A DNA stretch of 64,000 nucleotides from Spirochaetaceae bacterium (GTDB lineage Bacteria > Spirochaetota > Spirochaetia > DSM-2461), in contig JAOPTT010000009.1 of the NCBI GenBank assembly GCA_051531975.1, positions 224,001-288,000 of the forward strand, in the 5' to 3' direction. Below, piece after piece: positions 1-11,039 of this stretch (positions are counted from its first letter, which is position 1; each line of letters begins with the position of its first letter). Below the pieces are notes generated by a model. The model was not told where the DNA came from and made no database searches. It saw only the letters and a list, made by a program, of their open reading frames with translations. Made by a program: the position numbers and the translations under genes.

Positions 1-2
1 AG

Positions 3-443
3 ATATCAGTTTCTGGAATTACTACCGAAGGAGAATCATATAATGGAAGGATTTTGTATATATCCCAAGAACCGGATTATAATACAGGGCTATTTACTCT
101 AAATATTCGATTTCCCAATAGTCAGGGTCTTTTTCTAGGAATGGTACTATTTGTAGATATAGAAGCCCAGAAAGGTGAAGGTATTACTGTAGAGAGTAAC
201 GGGCTAGTAAGAGATGAAGATAAAACCTTTTTATGGAAAATTAATAAAGATAACAAGTTAACTCTAGGTGAGATAGAAGTTGAAAAGGAAAGTGAATCAA
301 AGATAACTGTAAGCTCAGGAATATTAGCAGGAGAACGTTATATAAATAAAATAAGTGGAAATGAGAAAGAAGGAATGGAGTTAAAGGATCTTATAAAAGC
401 AAATCTAAACGATAATGCGACCAAGGGAAAAAATGATGCTTGA
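3..443 (+). CDS. Efflux RND transporter periplasmic adaptor (MFP) subunit, 5' partial
   Basis: Frame is open from position 3 (ISVSGITTEGESYNGRILYISQEPDYNTGLF...). MFP-like C-terminus ('GMVLFVDI', 'VSSGILAGERYI'). Stop overlaps the start of the RND gene. Confidence 0.75.
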   Translation: MSVSGITTEGESYNGRILYISQEPDYNTGLFTLNIRFPNSQGLFLGMVLFVDIEAQKGEGITVESNGLVRDEDKTFLWKINKDNKLTLGEIEVEKESESKITVSSGILAGERYINKISGNEKEGMELKDLIKANLNDNATKGKNDA

Positions 444-3400
444 TTACATATTTAAAAAATCCACAGGTATTTTTCTGTTTACCCTAGTACTTATTCTATT
501 TGGGATTTATATAGTTCTTAAACTTCCGGTTATGATGTATCCCCAAACACGAAGACCACAGGTTCAGATAGATCTTAGACATTCAGGAATATCAGCTGTT
601 GATTTTCAGGAACAATATGCAGGACCAATTGAGTCTAGACTTCTCTCTTTAAAAAATATTGATCTGATAGAAACAACATATTCTACTGATTCCAGCAGGT
701 TTAACCTTACATTTGATTGGAACGTGATTAGTGACGATGCTAGAACCGCAGTTGAGAACATTATGGTCTCCATCGATTCAACACTACCAAATGAAATAAG
801 GGATTCCTATAATGTTAGATATAGAGATGGTGAAAATGCAGGATATCTTGTTATGGGTATCACTTCCGGGAGTTTACCTTCAGAAGCTTTATACCAGATA
901 TTAAAAAACAACCTTGAAACTAAATTAAATCAGTTACAGGATCTAGATGAAATTGGATTTTATAATACACAGAGATTAATAGTTGATGTAACTCTGGATC
1001 AAAAAAAAATGTTGGCATACGGTATTACAATTCTTGATGTTAATAGCGCTCTTCAGTCCGGATTTTTACCCCAACCCCTTGGTTCCATTAGAACTTCGAC
1101 CGGGCGTTTAAGTCTTCGTTTAGAAAAGAGTGGGAAAAGCCTAAAGGATCTTCCAAGAATCGAAGTTAAGAAAGTAGGGGATTCAAGTATTACTCTTGAT
1201 GATATTGCAACTCTTAATATTCAATATACCCTGCCGTCCCGTGTATTTCTTGTGGATGAAATTCCAGCAGTTCAACTAACTGCAACCCCTGTTGAAGGTG
1301 GAAATATAAATTATATGACTAGTGAAATTCAGAGGATAATGGAGGATGCTAGGGTAACAGGTGTTATACCTGAAGATTCTAAGTTTTCTCTTTATCTCGA
1401 TCCAGCTAAATATATAAAAAAATCTATAGAAAACGTTATTCAAGCAGCTATGATAGGTGGTTTTCTGGCAATTATTATTGTTTTTCTCATATTAGGAGAG
1501 TGGAAAAACACATTAATTATTGCAGCATCCCTACCTGTAACAATCATTCTGAATTTCCTTCTTATGGGAATTTTTAAAGTATCTATAAACCTTATATCCC
1601 TAGGAGGTTTAGCCCTAGCGGTTGGAATGATTGTCGATTCCACTATTGTTGTTATGGAGAATATACACAGGCACCGTAAAGAACCGGAAAATCTAAATAC
1701 TCCCTTAAAACAAGTTATATTAGAATCGGTAGCCCAGGTAAGATCTCCAGTTATCGCTTCCACATTAACATCTGTACTTGTTTTTTTACCAATTTCATTT
1801 ACGGCTCCTTTAACAAATGCAATACTTGGGGATCAGGCAAGAACCGTAGTATTTTGTCTTCTAGTATCCCTAATTGTCTCATTGACCATAGTGCCGTTAA
1901 CATCCTACCAACTCTTCCGTTTCAGTAAAAATAGAACAAAGAGAAAAAAGAGAAAACATCTGGTACAAAATCATATTGAGAGTGTGATAAAAAAAATTAT
2001 CTCTATCTATCATAAAAGTTTGGAAATGTTACTGCACAAAAAAAGACGAGCGTTTATATTTCTTTTTCTAGCCTTTAGCGCTCTAGCAGTTTCAGTTCTA
2101 GTCGTATTACCAGAAATCCCAAGGGAAATTATATCTACTCCAACATCTGATAGGATTGTACTCTTTTTTCGTAATTCCAATATCAGTGATCCTGAAGAAC
2201 TAATGAAGGAGATATTGCCTGATATGAATTTAACTATAGAGAATATTCTCGGAGATCGACTTGTTAATAAATATACAAATCTTTCAGGACGGTTTAATCA
2301 GACTTTTCTTGATTTAAGAAGCTCTGAGGATACAGAAGAAGCAATAACACTGCTACAAAAGGAATTTGTATCAAAAGGGGACTGGTATTATAGCATCCTC
2401 CCGTGGGATCCAGCTGCACTTCCTCTTCCTAGGAGTTTTGATTTTCAAATGAGTATATATGGTCCCGATCCGGGAATAAAAGTGGATCTTCTTATTGCAA
2501 TACAAGGGCTACTGAATCAGGAAGAACTATATAGAAGAATTTTCACACGGCCTTCTTCATCAATAATTGAGCAGTTAAATATGAAACCCAGAGAGGAAAC
2601 TATTAATAAATTACCCCCTTGGTCTGAATCAAGTCTTGTTTCTTTAATACGTAGAGTTTTAACAGGAACTTCATCTATTACATTAAATGATGGTTCTAAC
2701 GATGTAAATGTATCCGCAGATTATCCCTCGGAAAATCTAGATACAAGAGAGGAAATTGAAGACTTTTTAATTCCCTGGAAACAGAGTTTTGTTCCTCTAA
2801 AACATTTTTTTGATTTTAGTACTAGTAAGGGCGTTTCACAGATTTATAGTCAAAATGGGGAACCAGCATTCCAGATCTATGGATCAGCTGGTTTCAGGAT
2901 TAGTGATGCCAAGAGACTTGAGATTCAGAAAGAAACTCAAGCTTATCTGAAAGAAGTTCTGGTTTTACCAGAAGGTTACAGCTACAGCTTTGATAACCCG
3001 AGGGTTGAAATGGATAAATCTATAGATTCTCTATTTTTTGCTCTGATAATCTCTATCGTCCTCATCTACATATTACTTGCATTTCAATTTAATTCTCTAT
3101 GGATACCGATTATTATTCTTGTAACTATTCCTCTTGGTTTTATTGGAGTTATTCTCTCTTTAAGAATATTTAATTCAACTCTTAACCTAAATTCACTTCT
3201 TGGTACGATCCTATTAGGAGGTATTGTTGTAAATAATGCTATCATTATGATCGATTTCTATCAAAAAAATAGAAAGAACTATCCTGATTACAAATCTGCG
3301 CTTATTTCAACTGCAACAATACGTTTTAAACCAATACTAATTACAACATTAACAACTATCTTTGGAATGCTTCCACTTGCAATAGGTCTTGGAGAGGGTT

Positions 3401-3549
3401 CCAATATTCTACAGCCACTGGGAATTGCCGTTTCAGGTGGTCTAATTGTATCAACTTTATTTACAATTTATGCAGTTCCGTCCATTATTTTTTTAACACA
3501 CAGCAGTAAAAATATTCCAGATAACAGGGCAAAAGGAGTCAACTTTTGA
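433..3549 (+). CDS. Efflux RND transporter permease subunit (AcrB/AcrD/AcrF family)
   Basis: ~1040 aa. RND motifs 'SINLISLGGLALAVGMIVDSTIVVMENI', 'GIVVNNAI', 'RFKPILITTLTTIFGMLPLA', 'PLGIAVSGGL'. ATG 433 or 436 preferred over 415. Confidence 0.93.
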   Translation: MMLDYIFKKSTGIFLFTLVLILFGIYIVLKLPVMMYPQTRRPQVQIDLRHSGISAVDFQEQYAGPIESRLLSLKNIDLIETTYSTDSSRFNLTFDWNVISDDARTAVENIMVSIDSTLPNEIRDSYNVRYRDGENAGYLVMGITSGSLPSEALYQILKNNLETKLNQLQDLDEIGFYNTQRLIVDVTLDQKKMLAYGITILDVNSALQSGFLPQPLGSIRTSTGRLSLRLEKSGKSLKDLPRIEVKKVGDSSITLDDIATLNIQYTLPSRVFLVDEIPAVQLTATPVEGGNINYMTSEIQRIMEDARVTGVIPEDSKFSLYLDPAKYIKKSIENVIQAAMIGGFLAIIIVFLILGEWKNTLIIAASLPVTIILNFLLMGIFKVSINLISLGGLALAVGMIVDSTIVVMENIHRHRKEPENLNTPLKQVILESVAQVRSPVIASTLTSVLVFLPISFTAPLTNAILGDQARTVVFCLLVSLIVSLTIVPLTSYQLFRFSKNRTKRKKRKHLVQNHIESVIKKIISIYHKSLEMLLHKKRRAFIFLFLAFSALAVSVLVVLPEIPREIISTPTSDRIVLFFRNSNISDPEELMKEILPDMNLTIENILGDRLVNKYTNLSGRFNQTFLDLRSSEDTEEAITLLQKEFVSKGDWYYSILPWDPAALPLPRSFDFQMSIYGPDPGIKVDLLIAIQGLLNQEELYRRIFTRPSSSIIEQLNMKPREETINKLPPWSESSLVSLIRRVLTGTSSITLNDGSNDVNVSADYPSENLDTREEIEDFLIPWKQSFVPLKHFFDFSTSKGVSQIYSQNGEPAFQIYGSAGFRISDAKRLEIQKETQAYLKEVLVLPEGYSYSFDNPRVEMDKSIDSLFFALIISIVLIYILLAFQFNSLWIPIIILVTIPLGFIGVILSLRIFNSTLNLNSLLGTILLGGIVVNNAIIMIDFYQKNRKNYPDYKSALISTATIRFKPILITTLTTIFGMLPLAIGLGEGSNILQPLGIAVSGGLIVSTLFTIYAVPSIIFLTHSSKNIPDNRAKGVNF

Positions 3550-4886
3550 ATAAAATGTTTTTAGTTCTATCTATGTTTTTAACCATGTTAAATGGTTTCT
3601 TTTTAATGGCCCAGGAAGTAGAACAATCCAGCATTTCCTTTGAACTTAAAGACGCTTGGTTAAAAATGGAAGAGTATGATCCTGACCTACGTAAATTATT
3701 GATTGACCAGGCTGCAGCTTATCGTGATATGAATAGTAAAGGATATCTTATTCCTAGTATCAGTTTAACAAGTAACCTATCACGATCTTCACCTCTAATA
3801 AGTAGCCTTACTAATTCTGAGGATCAAGATCTTTCTGAGGAAGATAACTGGTCATTACGTGCTGGGGTGGATTTACGTTTAAACCTAAAAACAAACATGA
3901 AAACCGAGGATAAGGTTAATGCGTTACAATATAATCTACTTATACTTAGGCAGGAAATTATCATAAGAGATCTCCGGGCAGGGCTTGAAAAACTATATTA
4001 TCAGATCTCTGCTGGAGAGAAAAAAATAGAGCTTCAGGAGAGGATTTCAGGATTAATTCAAAGCCGTTTTGAACAGATAGAAATCCTTTACAATAAAGGT
4101 CTACGATCAGAATCAGATCTTTTAACCTCCCAGATTTCTGTAGCCCGTGATTTGCCTTTATTACAGAAAGCCCGTGTAGAACAGGAAAAGAGACTAATTC
4201 AATTTCGGGAACTACTGGGACTAGAGCCTCATATGTCAGTTTCTTTGGTTTATTTACCTGATAGAACTACTGATACAGATCTGGAAACCAAAGAACTAAA
4301 ATTAAGACTGGTCAAAAATGAAGAGTACAGAATGGCACTTCTACAGTTAGAACTTGCCAAGAAAAATAGGGAATTATTGAAAAAGAATCAAAAATCGCCT
4401 TCGTTGGGTCTATCTTTAGGTTGGTCAACAAGTATGAATCCTCTTTTTAATTCAGATTCCTGGACTAGTGAAGATTGGAGCGACAGTATGACCTTATCCT
4501 TCTCTTTTTCACTACCTTTAGATTCAGGAATTAAGGGTTCAGAAGATCAAAACAATCTGTTAAAACTAGACGAAATTATTCAAAAAATGGAAATTACACT
4601 GGAGTATTCTGAACAAACAATGGTAGACAACATTCAGTCCCTTCTTTTGGATCTGGATTTAAGTAGATCTAATGTCGAAGTTAATGAACTTAACATAAAA
4701 CTTCAGGAAATTAATTTTAAAAAAGTTCAGGGTAATTATGAAAATGGAAGAACCTCCCTTCTTGACCTGGATAATAGCCGGCAGGAACTACAAAAAGCTC
4801 TAGTTGCTCTAGAAAATGAGAAATTAAATAAAAACCTTATATTAATTGAGCTTGAAAAAATTATTGGATTATCTTTGCAGTTTTAA
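3546..4886 (+). CDS. TolC family outer membrane efflux protein
   Basis: Signal peptide, coiled-coil repeats 'YNKGLRSESDLL' and 'YENGRTSLLDL', translationally coupled to the RND gene. Confidence 0.8.
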   Translation: MNKMFLVLSMFLTMLNGFFLMAQEVEQSSISFELKDAWLKMEEYDPDLRKLLIDQAAAYRDMNSKGYLIPSISLTSNLSRSSPLISSLTNSEDQDLSEEDNWSLRAGVDLRLNLKTNMKTEDKVNALQYNLLILRQEIIIRDLRAGLEKLYYQISAGEKKIELQERISGLIQSRFEQIEILYNKGLRSESDLLTSQISVARDLPLLQKARVEQEKRLIQFRELLGLEPHMSVSLVYLPDRTTDTDLETKELKLRLVKNEEYRMALLQLELAKKNRELLKKNQKSPSLGLSLGWSTSMNPLFNSDSWTSEDWSDSMTLSFSFSLPLDSGIKGSEDQNNLLKLDEIIQKMEITLEYSEQTMVDNIQSLLLDLDLSRSNVEVNELNIKLQEINFKKVQGNYENGRTSLLDLDNSRQELQKALVALENEKLNKNLILIELEKIIGLSLQF

Positions 4887-5087
4887 TCATATAAGTAGGT
4901 ACTAAATATATACATATGATCCAGAGATGCGAATAACAATATTAGTATTGAACATAAATAAAAGACTCCACGATTATTAGTAGATGATAGTTTTACTATT
5001 TAAGTTCACTGGAATTGATAGCAAGAAGAAGTTAATAAAATTCTTCATGTCTTTGATTCTGTCGGATGCTTTTTATTGAGTTAAACG

Positions 5088-5125
5088 GTTCAGTTTATGA
5101 ACTTTTGTGTGCTTTACTATTTGAA
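5088..5125. promoter_or_regulatory. Putative IclR operator sites (TTCA-N5-TGAA)
   Basis: GTTCAgtttaTGAAC at 5088-5102 and TTTActattTGAA at 5113-5125 upstream of iclR. Same motif recurs upstream of the ALDH operon. Confidence 0.45.
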
Positions 5126-5188
5126 TACGGCTTACAATATTTGATATTATAATATATAATATAATTAAAATTCCACTAAAGGATCCAT

Positions 5189-5968
5189 ATGTCAATAAAT
5201 AAAAGCGACAAACTAAATAAGAGTTCAACTGTGGCTAAAGCATTTCTTCTATTAGAACATATTTCTCAAAACAGCAATCCCGTATCACTAAATCAGTTAA
5301 CAGAATTAACGGGATTTGATAAAACAACAACATACCGCTTTTTAATGACTTTGGTAGAACTTGGATATGTATGTCGTGAGGAATCATCAAAAAACTTTAA
5401 GTTGAGTTATAAAGTATTATCTCTTGGAAAAAATTTATTAAGAGATAATGAAGTGACAGAATATATTAAACACGCACTAGAACAGCTTTGTGAAATTACT
5501 GGTGAAACTATTCATTATGCTGTATTAGATGGCAAATATACAGTTGTAACTCAAAAAGTAAAAGGATCCCAGCTTGTTGCAGTTGATTTCCAAATAGGTG
5601 ATAGATCTCCTATAAGCTATACATCCATTGGAAAAGCAATCTCTACTTATCAAAGTAATGAATTTATCGATAGTATAATTGCCCAAGGGATACCCCAAAT
5701 AACAGAATATACAATAGTTAAACCGGAACAATTCAGAGAAGAACTTAATAAAATTCGAATTCAGGGATATGCCATTGATGATCATGAATGTTCCAATGAA
5801 ATGCGCTGTATAGCTGTTCCTATTTTTGAAAAGGGTGGGGTTGTAAGAAGTGGAATTAGTATTTCTGGTCCTGATTCAAGATTTACAATTAAAAAATTAA
5901 AATCAATGAGTATTCCAATGAAAAAAATAGCAAATGAACTATCTCAAAAGCTTGGCGGTATGCCTTGA
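5189..5968 (+). CDS. IclR family transcriptional regulator
   Basis: N-terminal HTH 'DKTTTYRFLMTL'. C-terminal IclR effector domain 'GYAIDDHE...MRCIAVPI...ISISGP'. Confidence 0.93.
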   Translation: MSINKSDKLNKSSTVAKAFLLLEHISQNSNPVSLNQLTELTGFDKTTTYRFLMTLVELGYVCREESSKNFKLSYKVLSLGKNLLRDNEVTEYIKHALEQLCEITGETIHYAVLDGKYTVVTQKVKGSQLVAVDFQIGDRSPISYTSIGKAISTYQSNEFIDSIIAQGIPQITEYTIVKPEQFREELNKIRIQGYAIDDHECSNEMRCIAVPIFEKGGVVRSGISISGPDSRFTIKKLKSMSIPMKKIANELSQKLGGMP

Positions 5969-6010
5969 TAATAACACTGGAGAGATATACTTTCCCCCCA
6001 GTGTTATTAT
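5968..6010. terminator. Bidirectional hairpin terminator between convergent genes
   Basis: Perfect 13-bp inverted repeat ATAATAACACTGG (5968-5980) / CCAGTGTTATTAT (5998-6010), extendable by G-U pairs on the minus strand. Confidence 0.75.
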
Positions 6011-6021
6011 ACTAAACATAT

Positions 6022-6978
6022 TTAGAAAATAGATTCAGCATTATAATATTCCTCTGCATTTTCAGAGGTAATTAATGGTGAATTGAATACTGTTTCATAT
6101 TGAGGTTCATCACCTGCTAATATAGACATCAGTCTTTTATATCCAGCACGACCTATGGCATCAGCATCATTTAGACCTGTTGTTGCATAGTTTGACCCAT
6201 CTTTCATAATCGCAGATAATGCAGCTTTTTCACCATCTACACCAGAAATCATGATTTCAGAACTTCTGTCAGAATCTTGAATTGCTTGTTGTGCACCAAG
6301 TGCCATAGAGTCATTCTCACAAAAAACCCAATCAATTGAATCATATTTAGCTAAAAGATCCTGCATTTGTGATTGTCCACCAGCAGCTCCCCATCCTGCG
6401 TATTCTGGAGCTTCAATTATTTCAATATCTGTTTTACTTACAATATCTTTAACACCATTTGAACGATTATATCCAATTGAGTTATCAGCAGGTCCACCCT
6501 TTATAATAATAATTCGGCCTTTCCCATTAAGTTTCTCAACAATATATTTTCCAGTCTGCTGTCCAATAGAATAGTTATCAGGACCAATCCAGCTTGTAAA
6601 GTTATCACTTGCATATCGTCTATCTACTAAAACAACTGGAACACCTGCTTCTTCTATCATGTCCAATGCAGCTGGTGCATCTTCAAACCAACCACCACTT
6701 ATAATGATACCGTCTACATTCTTTGCTAAAATATCTTCTACATCAGAAGTTAACTTAGCTTGATCGCCATTTGCATCAGTAACATAAACTGTTACATTTG
6801 GATTAGATTTAGCTTCATCTTCTATAGCTTTTGACATAGCGATGAAATAGGGAGGTCCCTGTGATAGGTTGACTATTCCTATCTTAATTTGACCATCTTT
6901 TGATTCTTCATTTTGACCAGTGGCAAAAACCATGAAACTTAACATTAAGAACACAGAACACATTAAAAACTTTTTCAT
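6022..6978 (-). CDS. Monosaccharide ABC transporter substrate-binding protein (RbsB-like)
   Basis: Peripla_BP fold motifs 'GVPVVLVDR', 'IGPDN', 'FCENDSMALGA', 'SGVDG'. Signal peptide. Confidence 0.9.
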   Translation of the reverse strand: MKKFLMCSVFLMLSFMVFATGQNEESKDGQIKIGIVNLSQGPPYFIAMSKAIEDEAKSNPNVTVYVTDANGDQAKLTSDVEDILAKNVDGIIISGGWFEDAPAALDMIEEAGVPVVLVDRRYASDNFTSWIGPDNYSIGQQTGKYIVEKLNGKGRIIIIKGGPADNSIGYNRSNGVKDIVSKTDIEIIEAPEYAGWGAAGGQSQMQDLLAKYDSIDWVFCENDSMALGAQQAIQDSDRSSEIMISGVDGEKAALSAIMKDGSNYATTGLNDADAIGRAGYKRLMSILAGDEPQYETVFNSPLITSENAEEYYNAESIF

Positions 6979-7032
6979 TATAATCTCCTTTTTTTATATA
7001 TTTAACATCTCAATTCTCATAAGACACTAAAA

Positions 7033-8022
7033 CTAAAGTTGTTTTTCTTTATTTCGAACTAATACTGCGGTTAGAATTATTCCTCCCTTAATGATTTGCT
7101 GATAATAAGACTGCACATTAAAAAGATTTAGTAGATTATTTATTAATCCGAGGGCGAATACTCCACCAAAAGTACCAAGAACGCTTCCTCCTCCACCTCC
7201 AAGCATTCCACCACCTATAACTACAGCGGCAATTGCATCAAGTTCATAACCGACACCTACATTTGGTTGTGCTATACCGAGTCTAGATGCTAAAACTACT
7301 CCTGCTGCGGCTGCAAAAAATCCGGAAATCATATAAGCTATCATTTTATTTTTTTTCACATTAAGTCCAGCCAGCCAAACTGCCTCTTCATTACCACCTA
7401 TGGCAATAATTGCTCGTCCAGTTGTTGTCTTATTCAAAAAGAACCAGAGTATTGGAAAGAATGCAAACATGATAATTGCAGGTGTAGGAATACCAGCAAG
7501 CTTACCTCCACCTATAAGTGCCCTAAAGGCAGGATAAATTGGTTGTACAGGGCTTTCTGAGTAGATGTATACTACCCCTCGAATTGCCCCCATTGTTGCT
7601 AATGTAACAATAAAAGGTTGTAACTTAAACTTCGATATGAAGAATCCATTAACGCAACCACATAAAACTCCAACAAGAAGTGCCAATATAATTGCTATAG
7701 ACCAATGCATACTCGTTTGAGCCTTAACAGCGACCATACCAGCTAAAGCAACTACAGGACCAACAGATAAATCAATTCCTCCATTTAGAATAACTACTAA
7801 CATTCCTAAACTAATCAAACCGTTTGTTACAACCTGACGTAGTAGGTTAATTATATTCCTTTGAGTAAAGAAGTATTCTGTAGACAAAGCTGCAAGAACA
7901 ATTAATAATACAAATATTATTACTATAATATAATTAATCATTTTTGATTTTGACCTATTTGAATTGAGCATTTCACTTATTTTATTTTTAGTATTTGTAA
8001 TAGGTTTGTCCATATCAGCCAT
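7033..8022 (-). CDS. Monosaccharide ABC transporter permease (RbsC-like)
   Basis: 'GGIDLSVG', 'PFIVTLAT', 'GGNEEA', 'YELDAIAAVVIGG'. Confidence 0.92.
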   Translation of the reverse strand: MADMDKPITNTKNKISEMLNSNRSKSKMINYIIVIIFVLLIVLAALSTEYFFTQRNIINLLRQVVTNGLISLGMLVVILNGGIDLSVGPVVALAGMVAVKAQTSMHWSIAIILALLVGVLCGCVNGFFISKFKLQPFIVTLATMGAIRGVVYIYSESPVQPIYPAFRALIGGGKLAGIPTPAIIMFAFFPILWFFLNKTTTGRAIIAIGGNEEAVWLAGLNVKKNKMIAYMISGFFAAAAGVVLASRLGIAQPNVGVGYELDAIAAVVIGGGMLGGGGGSVLGTFGGVFALGLINNLLNLFNVQSYYQQIIKGGIILTAVLVRNKEKQL

Positions 8023-9535
8023 TTTTATCTCCTATGTTTTTGTTTATTAATATTCCAGATGCACAACCTAAAAGTGAGACTTCTGTCATTTGTTCTTTAG
8101 CAAATTCACCAACAATTCCACCATGTCTAAAGACAAGAGCTCTATTGCTTAACCCGATAATTTCTGGAAGCTCCGATGAAATCATTATGATAGCGAGTCC
8201 ATCTTGTGCAAGTTTACCAATGAGTTTATAAATCTCTGCTTTAGTTTTTACATCAACACCTCTAGTTGGTTCATTAAGAATCAATACTTTTGAATTAGTT
8301 AATAACCATCTAGAAAGTAGTACTTTTTGTTGGTTTCCCCCACTTTGAGTACTCACAAGTTGATTGTAATCTTTTGGTTTGACCTCCATGCTATCCATCA
8401 TAGAAGAGGCTTTTTCTGCTTCCAAAAATTTATTTAGGAAAATACCCTTACTTATCTTATTTAAAATTGAAAAAGTCATATTTTCTTTAATTGAGTTACA
8501 AAGAACCAAACCATCAATTTTCCGGTCTTTTGTTAGGTATGCTAATCCATGTCCTATCGCTTCCCCTGGTGATTGTGGAGTGATTTTTTTTCCTTTTAAA
8601 ATGATATTCCCAGAATCAATCTTAGATGCTCCAAACAAAGAACGACTCAAGGCGGTTCTACCACTTCCTACTAATCCAAAAAGTCCTAGAATTTCACCTT
8701 GTTTTAATTCAAATGAAATATTATTAAATTCCTTTTCTTTAGATAAATTTTCAACCTTAAGTATAGGAACTCCCGTATTTAGTTTACGAACAGGAAACAG
8801 ATCACCAATAGATCGTCCTACCATTAGATGAATGAGACCCTGTTCATCAATTTCTGAAGTAGGAAGTGTTTTAACCTTCTCGCCATCTTTTAAAATAGTA
8901 ATTTTATCGGCTATTTTAAATACTTCATCAAACCGGTGTGAAATATATATGATAAGAGTCCCTTTTTTCTTTAGTTTCTCTATCAGAGTAAATAGTTGTT
9001 CTAGTTCAGGTGCAGCAAGAACTGCTGATGGCTCATCAAGTATCAGTATTTCAGGATCTTCAGTAATCGCTTTAGCAATTTCAACAACTTGCATTTGTGA
9101 GACATCTAAATTACTAATTTTATCTTTTACATTTATTCCTGGAAATCCTAGGCTATTAAGTATTTCCTGGGACTGTAAATATGCACTTTTCCAGTCGACT
9201 AGGAATTTTGTTTTAAAGTAAGGCATTTTACCAATCAATATATTTTCAGCTACTGAAAGATTAGGTATTTGGCTGAATTCCTGATATACAGTACGTATAC
9301 CATGTTCAAATGCTTTATGAGGTGTAAAAATATCAATTTTTTTACCCTTTATATAAAGCTCTCCTGAATCTGGGGTTGTAGCACCAGATAAAACCCGCAT
9401 CAATGTAGATTTTCCGGCGCCATTTTCCCCAACAATTGCATGAACTTCTCCGGCACTTGCTGAGATATGTATATTATTAAGAGCCAGTGTGGCCTCATAT
9501 CGTTTACTTATTCCTCGTATTTCTAGCATCTGCAT
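8015..9535 (-). CDS. Monosaccharide ABC transporter ATP-binding protein (RbsA-like, two NBDs)
   Basis: Walker A 'GENGAGKST', 'LILDEPS', 'YISHR', second domain 'SGGNQQKV...EPTRGVD'. Confidence 0.93.
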   Translation of the reverse strand: MQMLEIRGISKRYEATLALNNIHISASAGEVHAIVGENGAGKSTLMRVLSGATTPDSGELYIKGKKIDIFTPHKAFEHGIRTVYQEFSQIPNLSVAENILIGKMPYFKTKFLVDWKSAYLQSQEILNSLGFPGINVKDKISNLDVSQMQVVEIAKAITEDPEILILDEPSAVLAAPELEQLFTLIEKLKKKGTLIIYISHRFDEVFKIADKITILKDGEKVKTLPTSEIDEQGLIHLMVGRSIGDLFPVRKLNTGVPILKVENLSKEKEFNNISFELKQGEILGLFGLVGSGRTALSRSLFGASKIDSGNIILKGKKITPQSPGEAIGHGLAYLTKDRKIDGLVLCNSIKENMTFSILNKISKGIFLNKFLEAEKASSMMDSMEVKPKDYNQLVSTQSGGNQQKVLLSRWLLTNSKVLILNEPTRGVDVKTKAEIYKLIGKLAQDGLAIIMISSELPEIIGLSNRALVFRHGGIVGEFAKEQMTEVSLLGCASGILINKNIGDKNG

Positions 9536-9556
9536 AAGTTTGATTTGAACTCCTTT

Positions 9557-11002
9557 TTACGAATACATCTTAAGCGCATCTTTAATGATTATTGTTTTTT
9601 GTTCAGTCATTTCTAGAATGGTATCCCTGATGCTTTCTCTTCCAACACCACTTAATTTTGTACCACCAAAAGGAAGATTCTCTGCTCGTACTGCAGATCC
9701 CCAGTTTATTACTACTCCACCAACATCTAGTTTATAAGAAATATCCATGGCTGTATTTATATCTTTTGTAAAAACTGCTGCTTGTAATCCATATGGACTA
9801 TTGTTGGCAATCTTAACTGCTTCTTCAATTGTTGAAAAAGGTACTATTGGGAGTACTGGACCAAATGTTTCTTCTGCAAATATTTCAGTTTCCGGGTCAA
9901 TATCAGTAATTATTGTAGGTTCGATAAAAGAACCCTTCCGATTACCACCAAGACGAATGGTACATCCTTTACTTTTTGCATCTTCTATTAGTCGTTCTAC
10001 ATTTTTTGCGGCATTTTCAGAAATTAACGGCCCAACATCTGTATTCTCTCCTAGTGGATTTCCCATGATTAATTTATTAGCTTTTTCTGTTAATAGATTG
10101 GTAAATTTTTCAAATATCTCACTGGCAACAATTACTCGCTTTACAGCACAACAAATTTGTCCATTCCCTCGAGCAAGACGGCCCATAATAATCCCTTCAG
10201 AAGCAAGCTCTAGGTCAGCATCGGCACAAACGATTGTCGCATCATTTCCTCCTAGCTCTAAGAGAACTTTTTTCATATTACTAGTTGCAAGTTTTGCAAC
10301 CTGTTGTCCTACTCTAGTGCTTCCTGTTAAAGTTATAAGCTGAATATTAATATCTTTAGCCAAATGGTTACCTATTTTGGCACCATCACCGGTAATTACC
10401 TGTTGTGCAAATTTAGGCAATCCTGCTTCTTCTAAGTATTTACTTAATCTGAGAATCGTTAAAGGACATGTAGTTGGTGGTTGAATAATAACGGCATTAC
10501 CTGCAGCAATTGCAGCTGGAGCTTTATGGGCAAATAACTCAGCAGGATAATTGAAAGGTATAACTGCAGCCACGATTCCAACAGGCTGACGAATTGTCAT
10601 TGCCACACTATTTTCCATAGAAGGTACAGAATCCATAGGAACAGTTTGTCCCGTCAACCTTTTTGCTTCTTCAGAAAATCCTTTAAAAAGACGAATAGTA
10701 GCTGATATTTCTTCTCTTGTCTGAATAATGGGTTTCCCATTTTCCCTTGTTAAAAGTTGGCTTAATTCCTCATGGTCTTTTTCGATAAGTTCTGCTGCTG
10801 TTAATAATATTTTTGAACGGACATGTGCTGGAGTCTTTTGCATGTTTATACGTCCCTGTTTAGCTGACTCAATTGCTTTTACTATGTCATCTGTAGTCGC
10901 AGATGGAACAGTATCGATTATTTCTCCATTTGCAGTATCTACTATTTTTGTTTCTGAAAGATCAGATGCATCTGTCCATTCTCCAGCAATAAACATTTTC
11001 AT
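9557..11002 (-). CDS. NAD(P)-dependent aldehyde dehydrogenase (lactaldehyde dehydrogenase-like)
   Basis: 'PFNYP', 'LTGSTRVG', 'LELGGND', catalytic 'GQICC', 'EETFGPV', 'PFGGTKLSGVGRE'. Confidence 0.9.
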   Translation of the reverse strand: MKMFIAGEWTDASDLSETKIVDTANGEIIDTVPSATTDDIVKAIESAKQGRINMQKTPAHVRSKILLTAAELIEKDHEELSQLLTRENGKPIIQTREEISATIRLFKGFSEEAKRLTGQTVPMDSVPSMENSVAMTIRQPVGIVAAVIPFNYPAELFAHKAPAAIAAGNAVIIQPPTTCPLTILRLSKYLEEAGLPKFAQQVITGDGAKIGNHLAKDINIQLITLTGSTRVGQQVAKLATSNMKKVLLELGGNDATIVCADADLELASEGIIMGRLARGNGQICCAVKRVIVASEIFEKFTNLLTEKANKLIMGNPLGENTDVGPLISENAAKNVERLIEDAKSKGCTIRLGGNRKGSFIEPTIITDIDPETEIFAEETFGPVLPIVPFSTIEEAVKIANNSPYGLQAAVFTKDINTAMDISYKLDVGGVVINWGSAVRAENLPFGGTKLSGVGRESIRDTILEMTEQKTIIIKDALKMYS

Positions 11003-11039
11003 ATTTATATCCCCTTTTTTTGATAATACCTAATAGTAC

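Noticed and set aside
4887..5087. Possible gene remnant or sRNA between tolC and iclR
   Set aside because: Only short stop-rich frames and no convincing structure.
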